A stretch of 64,000 bases of DNA. Origin: Spirochaetia bacterium. Its GTDB lineage: Bacteria > Spirochaetota > Spirochaetia > SZUA-6 > Bin103. The notes under the pieces were generated by a model. That model had not been told where the DNA came from and ran no database searches. It worked only from the letters and a program-made list of their open reading frames with translations. Made by a program: the position numbers and the translations under genes. The DNA is taken from contig CBDAOI010000002.1 of the NCBI GenBank assembly GCA_965198005.1, positions 800,001-864,000 of the forward strand, given 5' to 3'. Positions 29,844 to 41,367 of the stretch are shown in pieces. The stretch's first letter is position 1, and each line of letters starts with the position of its first letter.

Positions 29844-31121
29844 CTAGCTGTCGAACACGCCCCTGACACCCTCTTCGGTGTCGGCGAGGTGCTGCATGTA
29901 CGCGGCGGGGTCGTCCATGAACCGCGCGAACAGGTCGAGGCCGTACTCGGCCGCCGGCGGCGTGGTCGCCAGGTCGTAGTTGAACGCGAAGGTGTCGGCG
30001 TTGCCCACCACCTCCAGCGCCCGCATCATCACCGAGGTGTAGATGCTGTCATCCACGTTGACGTTGGGGGACAGCGCGCCCTGGATCTGCGCCCACTTGG
30101 CCTGCGAGGCCGGGTCGCTGGCCAGGAACGCGACCAGCGCTTCGGCGTTGGCGCGGTTCTCGGTGTTGGCCGAGATCAGCCACCCGTCGACCGGCCCGAC
30201 CGCGGCGTTCGGCACGCCGGCGTCGATCGTCGGGAACTCGAAGAAGTCGTAGTCGTCGCCCGCCATCAGGCCGTTGCCATTCCAGTAGCCGGTGATCCAG
30301 GTGCCCATCAGCGTCATCGCCGCATCGCCGCGCGCCACCTTGTCGGAGGCGTCGGTCCAGTCGTCGGCGTTGGCGTTGGGCGCGAAGTAGCCGGCGTCGA
30401 CCAGGCCCTTCCACAGCTCCATCGCGCGCTGCACCTCGGCGTCGGTGTAGGAGGCGTCGCCCGCCATCAGGCTGGCGCGGTACTCAGGGCCGGCGGTGCG
30501 CAGCAGCAGGTAGTCGAACCAGAACTGCGCGGGCCAGCGGTTCATCGAGCCCAGTGCGATCGGGGTGATGCCCTGCGCCTTGAGGTGCTCGCACAGCGCC
30601 AGGAACCCGTCCCAGTCGGTCGGGAACTCGGTGACGCCGGCGTCCGCCATCACCTTGGCGTTGTAGAACATGCCGGCGTAGTGGTAGCCGAACGGCACCA
30701 GGTAGCGGCTGCCGTCGTACATGGTGGCGCCGTCCGCCACCGACTTGGCCACCACCGCGTCCAGGCCGTGCTCGGCCCACATGCCGTCGATGGCGCCGAG
30801 GTTGCCGGCGTCGACCACGAACTGAGTGCGGGCTCCGGCCCAGTAGCTGAACACGTCGGGCATGTTGCCGCCGGCGGCGCGCACCAGGATGCCGGTCTTG
30901 AAGTCCTCGTGGCCGATCGGGCTGTCGACCACCGTGATCCCGGTCTGCTCGTTGAAGCTGCCGAAGATCTCCTCCAGGCCGGCGCGACCGAGGTCACCGC
31001 CGAAGTAGTGGGTGATGGTGACTTCCTGGGTCTCCGGGTCGCCCTCGGTCCAGCCGACGGTCGCCACCAGCACCAGCGCGCAGGCCAGTGCTGCGCCACA
31101 CAGAAGTTTGGTTGTCCGCAT
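29844..31121 (-). CDS. Sugar ABC transporter substrate-binding protein
   Basis: Signal peptide, PDVFSYW, FYN....AG...PT.WD and G.AAM..MGTW; AAGGAGG RBS. Confidence 0.9.
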   Translation of the reverse strand: MRTTKLLCGAALACALVLVATVGWTEGDPETQEVTITHYFGGDLGRAGLEEIFGSFNEQTGITVVDSPIGHEDFKTGILVRAAGGNMPDVFSYWAGARTQFVVDAGNLGAIDGMWAEHGLDAVVAKSVADGATMYDGSRYLVPFGYHYAGMFYNAKVMADAGVTEFPTDWDGFLALCEHLKAQGITPIALGSMNRWPAQFWFDYLLLRTAGPEYRASLMAGDASYTDAEVQRAMELWKGLVDAGYFAPNANADDWTDASDKVARGDAAMTLMGTWITGYWNGNGLMAGDDYDFFEFPTIDAGVPNAAVGPVDGWLISANTENRANAEALVAFLASDPASQAKWAQIQGALSPNVNVDDSIYTSVMMRALEVVGNADTFAFNYDLATTPPAAEYGLDLFARFMDDPAAYMQHLADTEEGVRGVFDS

Positions 31122-31283
31122 TGTGCGTCCTCCTTGCTCTTTGTCATCGTCGCCTGCGTTACACTACAGGCGGATGCTCTGTCTACAATATGTTAGCGCA
31201 GTTTGCCAAGTGCCGGTCGGACGACCTGGACGGCGCCGGGGACGACCCGCACGAGGCGGGCGCGCGGAGCCGGAGTAGCGCCG

Positions 31284-32363
31284 GTGTCGAGACGCACCCT
31301 GGACCGGATCCGCGTGGGCTTCATCGGCACCGGCCGCATCTCCGACCTGCATGCCATCGAGTACCGCGCCAACCCGCATGCCGAGATCGTCGCGCTGTGC
31401 GACCGTGACCCTGCCCTGGCCGCGGCGCGCGCCCGCGCCTGGGGGCTCGACCGGCCGGCGATCTGCACCGACTACCGCGAGTTGCTGGCGCTGGAAGCGG
31501 TCGACCTGGTCGAAATCCTGCTGCCCCACCACCTGCACCTGGAGGTGGGCCTGGCCGCGGTCGCGGCCGGCAAGGCGGTCTCGCTGCAGAAGCCGCTGGC
31601 CCTGAACCTGGCCGACGCCGACCGGCTGATCGCCGCCGCCGACCGGGCCGGGGTGCCGTTCCGGGTGTTCGAGAACTTCATCTTCTACCCGCCCGTGGTC
31701 AAGGCCAAGGAGCTGGTGGACGCCGGCGCCATCGGCGAGCCGCTGACCATCCGCATCAAGAGCAACCCCGGCAGCCGCAGGTTCGCCTGGGAGGTGCCGG
31801 CCGCGGCGCAGGCGTGGCGCCAGGACCGCGCCCAGGCGGGCGGCGGCCCGCTGGCGTTCGACGACGGCCACCACAAGTTCGCCCTGGCCTGGCACTTCAT
31901 GGGACCGGCCGAGGAGGTGCACGCCTGGATCGGCCGCACCGTGGCCGAGGACGGCTTCGTGTTCGATGCCCCGGCGCTGATCTCGTTCCGCTTTCCGCGC
32001 CAGCGCTGCGGCAACCTGGAGATCGTCTACTCCCCCGACCTTGAGGTCCTCACCGAGCACTACGCGCAGGACGACCGGGTGGAGATCACCGGCACCGAGG
32101 GGGTGCTCCTGATCAACCGGGGGCACGGCCAGTTGGGGCGTGGGGTGGTGCCGCTGCAGCTCTACCGCGCCGGCGCCTGGACCGACTACCGCGACCTGGA
32201 GACCGGCTGGGAGCGCAGCTTCGTGCACGCCACCCGGCACGGGATCGAGGCCCTGCGCCGCGGCGCGCAGGCCCGGCTGGCGGGGCGCGAGGCGCGCGAG
32301 ATTCTGCGCTTCGCGCTGGCGGCGCAGCAGGCCGCGGCCACCGGCGCCGCGGTCCGGGTGTAG
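31284..32363 (+). CDS. Gfo/Idh/MocA family oxidoreductase
   Basis: RVGFIGTGRI, QKPLA, GAIGE and GGG....DDGHH. Confidence 0.9.
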   Translation: MSRRTLDRIRVGFIGTGRISDLHAIEYRANPHAEIVALCDRDPALAAARARAWGLDRPAICTDYRELLALEAVDLVEILLPHHLHLEVGLAAVAAGKAVSLQKPLALNLADADRLIAAADRAGVPFRVFENFIFYPPVVKAKELVDAGAIGEPLTIRIKSNPGSRRFAWEVPAAAQAWRQDRAQAGGGPLAFDDGHHKFALAWHFMGPAEEVHAWIGRTVAEDGFVFDAPALISFRFPRQRCGNLEIVYSPDLEVLTEHYAQDDRVEITGTEGVLLINRGHGQLGRGVVPLQLYRAGAWTDYRDLETGWERSFVHATRHGIEALRRGAQARLAGREAREILRFALAAQQAAATGAAVRV

Positions 32364-32385
32364 CGCCGGCCAGGGCGGCGCTACA
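32359..32385. other. GC-rich hairpin at the 3' end of the oxidoreductase gene
   Basis: TGTAGCGCCG-gccaggg-CGGCGCTACA forms a perfect 10-bp stem. Confidence 0.45.
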
Positions 32386-33009
32386 TCACGGAACGCGGTA
32401 TGGAGGAACAGAGATCAGCACGAGGTTGTCGCGCGCCGCCTGAGCTTGACGAATGGGAGCGGTGTCGCCGGTGTCGTGGAAGTGATACACGCGGCGCCAA
32501 CTCGCAACCCCCGAGCAGACGTAGGACCAGGACGCGTCCCGCCCCAGATCCGCACCCGGCAGACGAGCTCCTCTTTCGTAGGAACCCTTGGATTCGGACT
32601 CGACACGCCCTTCGATCCGCCCATCGTGGCTAGACACAGACGGGTAGAGCCCCGAACCCAAACGTTGCCCTCGTGCGCCCTCCGGGAATCTCGCTTCCTC
32701 TCCAGCTACCGCCAGCGTACCTGAGGCCGGCGCGAGCGCGACGCGATAGTATACCTCCTTGAATATCAGCTCCGTCTCGATCGTCTGCGTTCGCTTACGA
32801 CCGCCGAATAGCAAAGCGTCCGGCCCATCCTCGCTCGTGACGAATTGTTGGAGTCGCTTGTCGAAGAGCGACCCAAGCATACGGAACAGACTGATAAAGT
32901 TGCTCTTACCTACTCCGTTGGGACCGATAAGGACGTTCAGTCCGCGCAACTCGAACTCTTCCAACTCTCTTATGGATTTGTAGTTGCGAACGGTCAATCG
33001 ATCCAACAT
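32386..33009 (-). pseudogene. AAA_21/AbiEii-like ATPase, truncated before Walker B
   Basis: MLDRLTVRNYKSI...LNVLIGPNGVGKSNF and YHFHDT; it ends at about 207 aa with no signature or Walker B. Confidence 0.8.
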
Positions 33010-33035
33010 CGGCTTATGGTCAACATGGTTGTCGA

Positions 33036-33304
33036 CCGCCGACGGCCACGGCCTCTCCTGCCTGTGTCTGCGCATCGCCGGCGTGGTGCACGACGATGCG
33101 CCGCAGAACTCCGCGGCCGGGGCGCCATGGTGCAGCCAGCGCGACGTCGCCACGGTTACCGAACTGGCGGTAAACGCCCCGCCGGAACTGCGGTTCGACA
33201 TCTTCTATGCCGTGTCGGCCAACCGCTACCGCTGGCTGGACAGCGAGCACACCCGGGCCGTGCTCGGCTTCAGCCCCGCCGACCGGGCCGAGGACCGGTT
33301 GTAA
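33036..33304 (+). pseudogene. NAD-dependent epimerase / uronate dehydrogenase-like C-terminal fragment
   Basis: HGLSCLCLRI...WCSQRD...FDIFYAVSANRYRWLD..H.R..LGF.P.D. The Rossmann N-terminus is absent. Confidence 0.7.
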
Positions 33305-33367
33305 GCAGACAGCCCGGTGCCGCGTGCGGTACCATACTAGAACACTGCCTTCACAGGAGGTCCCCAA

Positions 33368-35152
33368 ATGAAGAGAGTCCTCGCCATCCTGATCGCCGGC
33401 GCCGCCGCCATGGCCGCGTGGGCGGGTCCCGAGGTGGAGATCGAACCCGAAGCGGCCGAGCCGTCCAGCCCCATCGACCTGCTGCAGCCGGTCGATCACT
33501 CCGCGTGGGAGCGCGGCCGCCACAGCGGCCGGTTCGTCGTGACCAGCACCTCCGATCCCAAGAGCTTCAACCCGGTGGTGGCCAAGGAAACCTCGACCAC
33601 GAACGTCACCGACCGCATGTTCCTCAGCGCAGTGCGGCGCAACCAGCTCACCCTGGAGTGGGAGCCGGACCTGGCCGAGAGCTGGGAGATCTCGGAAGAC
33701 CAGAAGACGATCACGCTCACCCTGCGCAGCGGCCTGACCTGGTCCGACGGCGACCCGATCACCGCGGACGAGGTCGTGTGGAGCGTCAACGAGATCTATA
33801 AGAACGAAGCGGTGGAGACCAGCATCCGCGACGCCCTGTTGATCGGCGGCGAGTACGCCGAGTTCGAGCTGATCGACGAGCTGACCTACCGCATCGTGCT
33901 GCCGTCGGTGTACGCCGGCATCTTCGAGGTCGCCTCGATCGGCCCGATGCCGCGCCACGTCTTCGAGCCGCTGGTCGAGGCGGAGGGCGCCGCCGCGGTC
34001 AACTCGTTCTGGGGGGTCGACGCCGACGTGACCACCATCGTCGGCAACGGTCCGTTCCTGATTGCCGAGTACCTGCCCAGCCAGCGGGTGGTGATGACCC
34101 CCAACCCCCGCTACTACGAGCAGGACGAGTGGGGCCAGCAGCTCCCCTACCTGGACGAGTTCGTGATCGAGTTCGTCGAGGATCTCGACACCGGCCTGGC
34201 CCGCTTCGTCGCCGGCGAGACCGATGCCTGGCCACTGCGCGGCGAGGACTACGGCGTGCTGGTCGACAAGCAGGAAGCGGACGACTTCCTGATCTACAAC
34301 GTCGGCCCCGCCTCCAGCACCCAGTTCATCACCTTCAACCAGAACCCGATTGAGGGCGAGGAAGACGGCGGCATCGAGCCGCCGGCGCTCACCTGGCTGT
34401 CCAACAAGACCTTCCGCCAAGCGATGGCGCACCTGGTCGACCGCCAGACCATCATCAACAACATCGCCTTCGGCTTCGGCTACCCGCAGTACTCGTTCGT
34501 GTGGACCGTCTCTCCCTATTACTGGGAGGGCGCCGCCGACGCCGCCTTCAAGTATGACCCGGAGCGCGCCAAGGAGTTGCTCGACTCGATCGGCTACACC
34601 GACCGCGACGGCGACGGCGTACGCGAGGATCCGGACGGCAACAAGATCGAGCTGACCCTCAACACCAACTCCGGCAACACGGTCCGCGAGCAGATCGGCG
34701 AGCTGTTCAGCCAGGAGGCGAAGGCGGTCGGCGTCGACGTCACCTTCAAACCCGAGGCGTTCAACGAGCTGGTCACCCGGCTGGTCTCCTCGTTCGACTG
34801 GCAGATGATCCTGATCGGCCTGACCGGCTCGGTCGACCCGGTGGGGGGCGCCAACGTCTACCCGTCGCACGGCGGCCTGCACATGATCGAGCCGAGCCAG
34901 GAATCGCCGCGGCGCGACTGGGAGGCGGCGGTCGACGCGGCCTGGGACGAGGCCAACCTCACCGCCGACGAGGAGCAGCGCATCCGCGGCTATCGCAAGC
35001 TGCAGGAGCTCTGGATCGAGGAGGTGCCCTGGGCCTACACCTTCGCCCCGGCGGTGATGCACGCCTATCGCAACACCTTCGGCAACATCAAGCCGCACCC
35101 GCTCAACGCCTACGGCATGCTCGGCTTCGTCGACCGGCTGTACGTGAAGTAG
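33368..35152 (+). CDS. Peptide/oligosaccharide ABC transporter substrate-binding protein (family 5)
   Basis: Signal peptide, DPKSFNP, LAESWEISED, LR.GL.WSDG.PITAD and VGNGPF; AGGAGG RBS. Confidence 0.93.
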   Translation: MKRVLAILIAGAAAMAAWAGPEVEIEPEAAEPSSPIDLLQPVDHSAWERGRHSGRFVVTSTSDPKSFNPVVAKETSTTNVTDRMFLSAVRRNQLTLEWEPDLAESWEISEDQKTITLTLRSGLTWSDGDPITADEVVWSVNEIYKNEAVETSIRDALLIGGEYAEFELIDELTYRIVLPSVYAGIFEVASIGPMPRHVFEPLVEAEGAAAVNSFWGVDADVTTIVGNGPFLIAEYLPSQRVVMTPNPRYYEQDEWGQQLPYLDEFVIEFVEDLDTGLARFVAGETDAWPLRGEDYGVLVDKQEADDFLIYNVGPASSTQFITFNQNPIEGEEDGGIEPPALTWLSNKTFRQAMAHLVDRQTIINNIAFGFGYPQYSFVWTVSPYYWEGAADAAFKYDPERAKELLDSIGYTDRDGDGVREDPDGNKIELTLNTNSGNTVREQIGELFSQEAKAVGVDVTFKPEAFNELVTRLVSSFDWQMILIGLTGSVDPVGGANVYPSHGGLHMIEPSQESPRRDWEAAVDAAWDEANLTADEEQRIRGYRKLQELWIEEVPWAYTFAPAVMHAYRNTFGNIKPHPLNAYGMLGFVDRLYVK

Positions 35153-35165
35153 GCGCCCCAAGGCA

Positions 35166-35197
35166 GGAGAGTCCGGGATCGCGTTCCCGGGCTCTCC
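35166..35197 (+). other. Intercistronic stem-loop after the SBP gene
   Basis: GGAGAGTCCGGGA / TCCCGGGCTCTCC form a 13-bp stem with one G-U pair. No U-tract follows. Confidence 0.55.
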
Positions 35198-35206
35198 GCG
35201 TATGGC

Positions 35207-36187
35207 ATGAGCCTGTCGCTGCTGCGACTCGTCGTCCGCCGGCTGCTGAACGCCGTGCCGATCCTGGTCGTGACCCTGGCCATCGCCTTCTGGCTGATCC
35301 AGCTCGCGCCCGGCGACGTCTACACCGCGTACGCGCTCAATCCGGACATCCGCCCCGAGGACCTGGAGCGGTTCCGCGCCAGCTTCGGCCTCGACCAGCC
35401 CTGGCACGTGCAGTTCGGGCGCTACCTGTGGAACGCCGCGCACGGCGACTTCGGCTACTCGCAGACCTTCAAGGCGCCGGTGTTCGTGCTGGTCTCGCAG
35501 CGCGCGGCCAACACGCTGCTGCTGGCGGTGGTGTCGCTGCTGCTGGCGTGGGGGTTCTCGGTGCCGGCCGGGATCATCGCCGCCGCCCGCCAGTACCGCT
35601 GGCAGGACCAGTCGATCGCCGTGCTGGCGTTCTTCGGACTGTCGATTCCCAACTTCTTCCTGGCGTCGCTGCTGCTGTTCCTGATCTCATCCACCGGAAG
35701 CTGGCTGCCGATCGGCGGCATGACCTCGATCGACCACGCCGACCTGAGCGCCCTGGGCAAGACCTGGGATCTGGCCAGGCACCTGGTGGTGCCGGCGCTG
35801 GTGATCTCCACCGCCATCACCGCCGGGCTGACACGCATCATGCGCGCCAACATGCTGGAGGTGCTCGGCCAGCAGTACACCACCACCGCCCGCGCCAAGG
35901 GGCTGGCCGAGCGCGTGGTGCTGCTCAAGCACGGGCTGCGCAACGCGGTCAACCCGATGATCACCATCCTGGGCTTCAACATCGGCGAGATCCTCAGCGG
36001 CGCGGCCCTGGTGGAGATCGTCACCGGCTGGCCGGGCCTGGGCAAGCTGATCCTGTCGGCGCTGCTCAACCAGGACCCCTACCTGGTGTCCGGCAGCCTG
36101 ATCTACGGCGTGGTGCTGCTGATGATCGGCAACCTGCTGGCCGACATCCTGCTGGCGATCACCGATCCCAGGATCCGGGTGACATGA
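35207..36187 (+). CDS. Peptide ABC permease (DppB/OppB-type)
   Basis: LAPGD, GLDQPW..Q, GDFGYS, TARAKGL, KHGLRNA, WPGLG and DPRIR. Confidence 0.93.
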   Translation: MSLSLLRLVVRRLLNAVPILVVTLAIAFWLIQLAPGDVYTAYALNPDIRPEDLERFRASFGLDQPWHVQFGRYLWNAAHGDFGYSQTFKAPVFVLVSQRAANTLLLAVVSLLLAWGFSVPAGIIAAARQYRWQDQSIAVLAFFGLSIPNFFLASLLLFLISSTGSWLPIGGMTSIDHADLSALGKTWDLARHLVVPALVISTAITAGLTRIMRANMLEVLGQQYTTTARAKGLAERVVLLKHGLRNAVNPMITILGFNIGEILSGAALVEIVTGWPGLGKLILSALLNQDPYLVSGSLIYGVVLLMIGNLLADILLAITDPRIRVT

Positions 36188-37568
36188 GCTCTGCGCCGGC
36201 GGTGGGCGTGGCGGACGCGGCGCAGGAGCGCACCGAGTCGCTGCCGGAGGTGTACTGGCGGCGGTTCAAGAAGCATCGGCTGGGCCGGATCGGCGGCAGC
36301 GTGCTGATCGCGCTCTACGCGCTGGCCCTGTTCGCCGACCCGCTGGCACCGGCCACCATGCTGTGGACCGACAAGACCAAGTCGTACCAGCCGCCGACGC
36401 GTCTCCGCTTCAGCTACCTCGACGGCGGCCGCCTGGTGGTGCGTCCGTTCGTGTACGAGATGCGAATCGTCAATCAGGCGCTGCGCACGTACGGGCGGGT
36501 ACCGCGCCGCACCCTGCGGGTGGTGTCGCAGGAGCGGGTGGCCGGCCGCGCCGAGCTGCGCGCGGTGGCGCTGCAGGAGGATCCGGCGGCGCGGCGGGCG
36601 GCAGCGCTGGCCGCGGTGCGGCGCCACTACGGGCTGACGGATAGCGACCCGCGGCTCGGCGAGCTGGCGGCGCTGCTGGAGGAAATCGAGCGCGACCCGC
36701 GGCGCGACCTGCACCGGCGCCTGCGGCTGCGCCACCCCGGCGCACGACCCGAGACCCTGGAGCTGATCGTCGCCAAGGGCAACAAGAACTTCCCCGGGCT
36801 GTTCGTGCGCGGCGTCCCGTACCGGTTTCTGGGCCTGTTCACGGCGCGCGTCCACCTGCTGGCCGCGACCACCGGCGGCTTCTTTCCGCTCGGCACCGAC
36901 CACGCGGGGCGCGACCTGGCCTCGCGCCTGCTGCACGGAGCGCGCGTGTCGCTGACCGTGGGTCTGGTCGGGGCCGCGATCACCCTGGTGATGGGGCTGC
37001 TGATCGGCGGCGCCGCCGGCTACTTCGGCGGCGCGGTCGACAATCTGCTGATGCGTTTCACCGAGGTGCTGCTGTCGTTCCCGGCGTTCTACCTGCTGCT
37101 GGCGCTGCGCGGCACCTTTCCGCCCACCCTCAACAGCGTCCAGGTGTACTTCCTGATCATCCTGATCGTCTCGTTCGTGATCTGGGGCAGCTTGGCCCGC
37201 ATCGTGCGCGGCATGGTGCTCTCCCTGCGCACCGAGGAATACGTCCTGGCCGCGCGCGCGCTCGGCCTCGGTCCGTTCAAGATCATCCGCCGCCACGTGC
37301 TGCCCAACACGCTGTCGTACGTGATCGTGCACATCACCCTGACCATCCCCGGCTTCATCCTCGGCGAATCGGCCCTGAGCTTCCTCGGGCTGGGCATCAC
37401 CGAGCCGCAGTCGAGCTGGGGGCTGATGCTGTCGGCGTCGCGCAGCTATCGGGTGTTCCAGGACTTCCCCTGGATCCTGGTGCCCGGCGTCTGCATCTTC
37501 CTCGCGATCATGGCGTGGAACTTCGTCGGCGACGGCATCCGCGACGCGGTCGACCCCCGGAGCCGGCA

Positions 37569-37572
<4 letters not shown>
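36184..37572 (+). CDS. Peptide ABC permease (DppC/OppC-type) with a large loop insertion
   Basis: WRRFKKH, LGTDHAGRDL.SRL, RHVLPN, ESALSFLGLG and GDGIRDAVDPR. ATGA overlap with the previous gene. Confidence 0.9.
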
Positions 37573-38640
<1,068 letters not shown>

Positions 38641-38648
<8 letters not shown>

Positions 38649-39898
38649 ACCGGACCGGGCGACGTTGCCGCAGGCCGAGCCAACGGCCGCGCCGCTGCTC
38701 GACGTGCGCGGGCTGCACACCCGGTTCCCGGTGCGCGCAGGCACGTTCAGCACCCGCAAGGTGATGCTGCGCGCGGTCGACGGCGTCTCGTTCCGGCTCT
38801 ACCGCGGCGAAACCCTGGGGCTGGTGGGAGAGTCGGGCTGCGGCAAGACCACGGTGGGGCGTTCCATCCTGCGCCTCTATCAGCCGCAGGCCGGGCGCGT
38901 CTACCTCGACCCCGACCCCGCGCTGGTAACCGAGGTGACGGCGCTGGACGCGGAGGCGGACGCGGCGCGCGCGCGCGCGATGGAGTTGCGCGCCGCCGGC
39001 GCCAACGGCACCGACCGTGCCGACCGTGCCGACCGTGCCGACCGTGCCCGGCGGCGGCGACTCGGGCGGCATCCGCGAGTTGCGGCGCACCGAACGCCGC
39101 CTGCGGGCCGCGGCCGACCGGCGCGCCGCCGCCTGCGACGTCCTGACCATGCCGCGCGCGCGGCTCCGGCAGGCGCGCCGCCGGCTGCAGATCGTGTTCC
39201 AGGATCCGTGGGCGTCACTCAACCCGCGCCTGCTGGTGCACGATCTGATCGCCGAGGGGCCGCGCGAGTACGCCACCCACACCGGGGCGGAGCTGGCCGG
39301 CCACGTGCGTGGCCTGCTGGACCGGGTCGGCCTGCCGCGGTCCGCCGCGCAGCGCTACCCGCACGAGTTCTCCGGCGGCCAGCGGCAGCGCATCGGCATC
39401 GCCCGCGCACTCGCCCTGACCCCGTCGATCGTGATCGCCGACGAACCGGTTTCGGCGCTCGACGTGTCGGTGCAGGCGCAGATCCTCAATCTGCTGATCG
39501 AGCTGCAGGAGGAACTCGGCCTGACCTACCTGTTCATCGCCCACGACCTGGCGGTGGTGCGCTACATCGCCCACCGGGTGGCGGTGATGTACCTCGGCAA
39601 GCTGGTGGAGCTGGGCAGTGCCGAAGAGATCACCGAACGGCCGCGCCACCCCTACACCATCTCGCTGATGCAGTCGGTGCCGGTGGCCGATCCCGCGGTG
39701 CGGCTGGCCGGCCCCGGCGCCCGGCCCGCGATCCAGGGCGACGTCCCGTCCCCGGTCAACCCGCCGGCCGGCTGCCCGTTTCACCCGCGCTGCGCCTACG
39801 CCATCGACCTCTGCCGCCGGCGCATGCCGGAGCTGGAGACGGACGCCGCCGGCCGCGCGCTGGCCTGCCACAATCCGCCGCCGCCCGGTGCGGCGTAG
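38641..39898 (+). CDS. Peptide ABC ATP-binding protein (DppF/OppF-type), split by a frameshift near 39000-39060
   Basis: Walker A GESGCGKT is in the frame of ORF 38608. [27 protein letters not shown] and HPYT are in the frame of ORF 39017. Confidence 0.88.
39011..39046 (+). repeat. Four 9-bp tandem repeats (CCGACCGTG)
   Basis: Read directly from the sequence. Confidence 0.9.
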
Positions 39899-39947
39899 CC
39901 GGGCGGGAACGACTTGCCACGAGTCGTGATCGGCGCTTAAGGTCCGT

Positions 39948-40170
39948 TCTCGATCGGGAGCTTGAACGACGGCTGCGTGAGGTGGCAAAACGACGTGACA
40001 CGTCGTTGAACAAGGCGGCCGTGTTCCTCATGCGCAGGGGGGCCGGGCTCAGGGCACCCGACGATCAGCCGCCGGCCATCGGCAACGCCCTGAGCGAGTT
40101 TCGCGGCACGTGGTCCGAGACGGACGAGCGCCGTGTGCTCGAGGCCGTGGCCGATCTCGACCGGATTAGT
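39948..40170 (+). pseudogene. 5'-truncated antitoxin, paralog of the one at 1290-1372
   Basis: [34 protein letters not shown]...[26 protein letters not shown]. It has no start codon and no toxin downstream. Confidence 0.7.
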
Positions 40171-40990
40171 CGCGGGGTTCCGGCGCGGCGGCCGGCGCGG
40201 CGCGGGCCGCGTGCAGCAGCTCGATCAGTGCCGGGCGCGCTTGGTCGGCGCCGGTGAGCGGCGCGGGGAACGCGAGCCGGGCCAGGCGCGGGCCGGAGGG
40301 GGTGTCCACGCGCAGGGTGAAGCCGTAGCGGTCGACGCCGACCATGCGGGCGGCGGTGGCGTCATCGAGGTGGGCCAACCCCTGGGCGTAGCTCAGGTTG
40401 GCATCGGCGTGGTCGTCGTTCACGTGGGCGACGATGGCGCCGGCCGCGGCGGCCAGCGGGTCGGCGCCGGCGGCGCGGTAGTCGGCGCCGGTCACCCAGC
40501 TCATGTGGCCGAAGCCGCCCACGAACCGGCACTGCTCCACCTCCAGCCGCCAGAACCCGAAGTCGGTGAAGTCCGCATAGTACGCCGCGTACGGGTGGCG
40601 TTCCACGTAGGCGGTGCGGTGCGCCGCGCGCGCCGCCGGGTCCGTTATCGGGCGCAGGCGGCCGACCAGGGTCGCGCGCGCGGTGCTGAGCGGGTCGGTG
40701 CCGGGCGCGGTGGCCGCGGTAACCAGGAGACTGGCGCGGGCGTCGGCGCGGGCATTGACGGTGTGCTCGGCCAGCTCCGAGATCAGCAGCACCGGCGCCC
40801 CGTCGGCGGCCGCGGCGTGCGACACCACGCTGCCGTAGGGGTAGCCCTGTGCGGTCAGGGTGCTGAGCGCCGCGCGGCCCTCGGTGGCCACCAGCGTGCG
40901 CGCCAACTCGGCGTCGGGCGGAAACGACCCGGGGTCGCCCGCGATCGGCGGCGGCGGCCGCCCGCCGCCATGTTCCTTGGGTCGCGTCAT
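40166..40990 (-). CDS. HugZ-like pyridoxamine 5'-phosphate oxidase family protein with DUF2470 domain
   Basis: ARTL, LSTL...[15 protein letters not shown]...D.RASL, VGGFG, HVNDDH and GVDRYG. Confidence 0.88.
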   Translation of the reverse strand: MTRPKEHGGGRPPPPIAGDPGSFPPDAELARTLVATEGRAALSTLTAQGYPYGSVVSHAAAADGAPVLLISELAEHTVNARADARASLLVTAATAPGTDPLSTARATLVGRLRPITDPAARAAHRTAYVERHPYAAYYADFTDFGFWRLEVEQCRFVGGFGHMSWVTGADYRAAGADPLAAAAGAIVAHVNDDHADANLSYAQGLAHLDDATAARMVGVDRYGFTLRVDTPSGPRLARLAFPAPLTGADQARPALIELLHAARAAPAAAPEPRD

Positions 40991-41239
40991 CGGTGCCTCC
41001 GGCAGTGTACCATACCAGGGCCGCCACAACGACCTCTTGGCTGGGGATTCGACCGCGGGGTCGAGATGATCACTCCCTCCCGAACGGTTGATCTATGCGC
41101 CTACTCACCAGGGTGATCGTCAGCGACGCTATCGTTCTCGCTGGCGGAGAGCCGGGGAAACCGGCGTGGCCGCCGGGGGACGGCTCACAGTGACGCCAGC
41201 CGGTATTCGCCGGTCTGCTCCGCGTGCCGGTGCGCACCG

Positions 41240-41350
41240 TCGACCTTTGAGGACCTCCGCAGCGATATTGCGTTCAGCCATGCTTGATCTCCTCTACGAC
41301 CTTGCGCCACACGGCCCGTTCGGGGTTTGACTCGACCTGATTCGCCCAGC
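41240..41350 (-). pseudogene. Possible toxin-end / antitoxin-start junction of a RelE/HigA-like TA pair
   Basis: ...RAVWRKVVEEIKHG* overlaps MAERNIAAEVLKG (ATGGCTGA) with an AGGAG RBS. Both are truncated. Confidence 0.35.
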
Positions 41351-41367
41351 CATCTGCGATCCGACGG

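Noticed and set aside
39011-39046. Phase variation by the 9-bp repeat
   Set aside because: The unit length is a multiple of three, so copy-number change cannot switch frame.
41140-41200. Glycine-riboswitch-like GGAGAG hairpin
   Set aside because: It lacks the CCGAAG and CTCAGG elements, and no fitting gene lies downstream.
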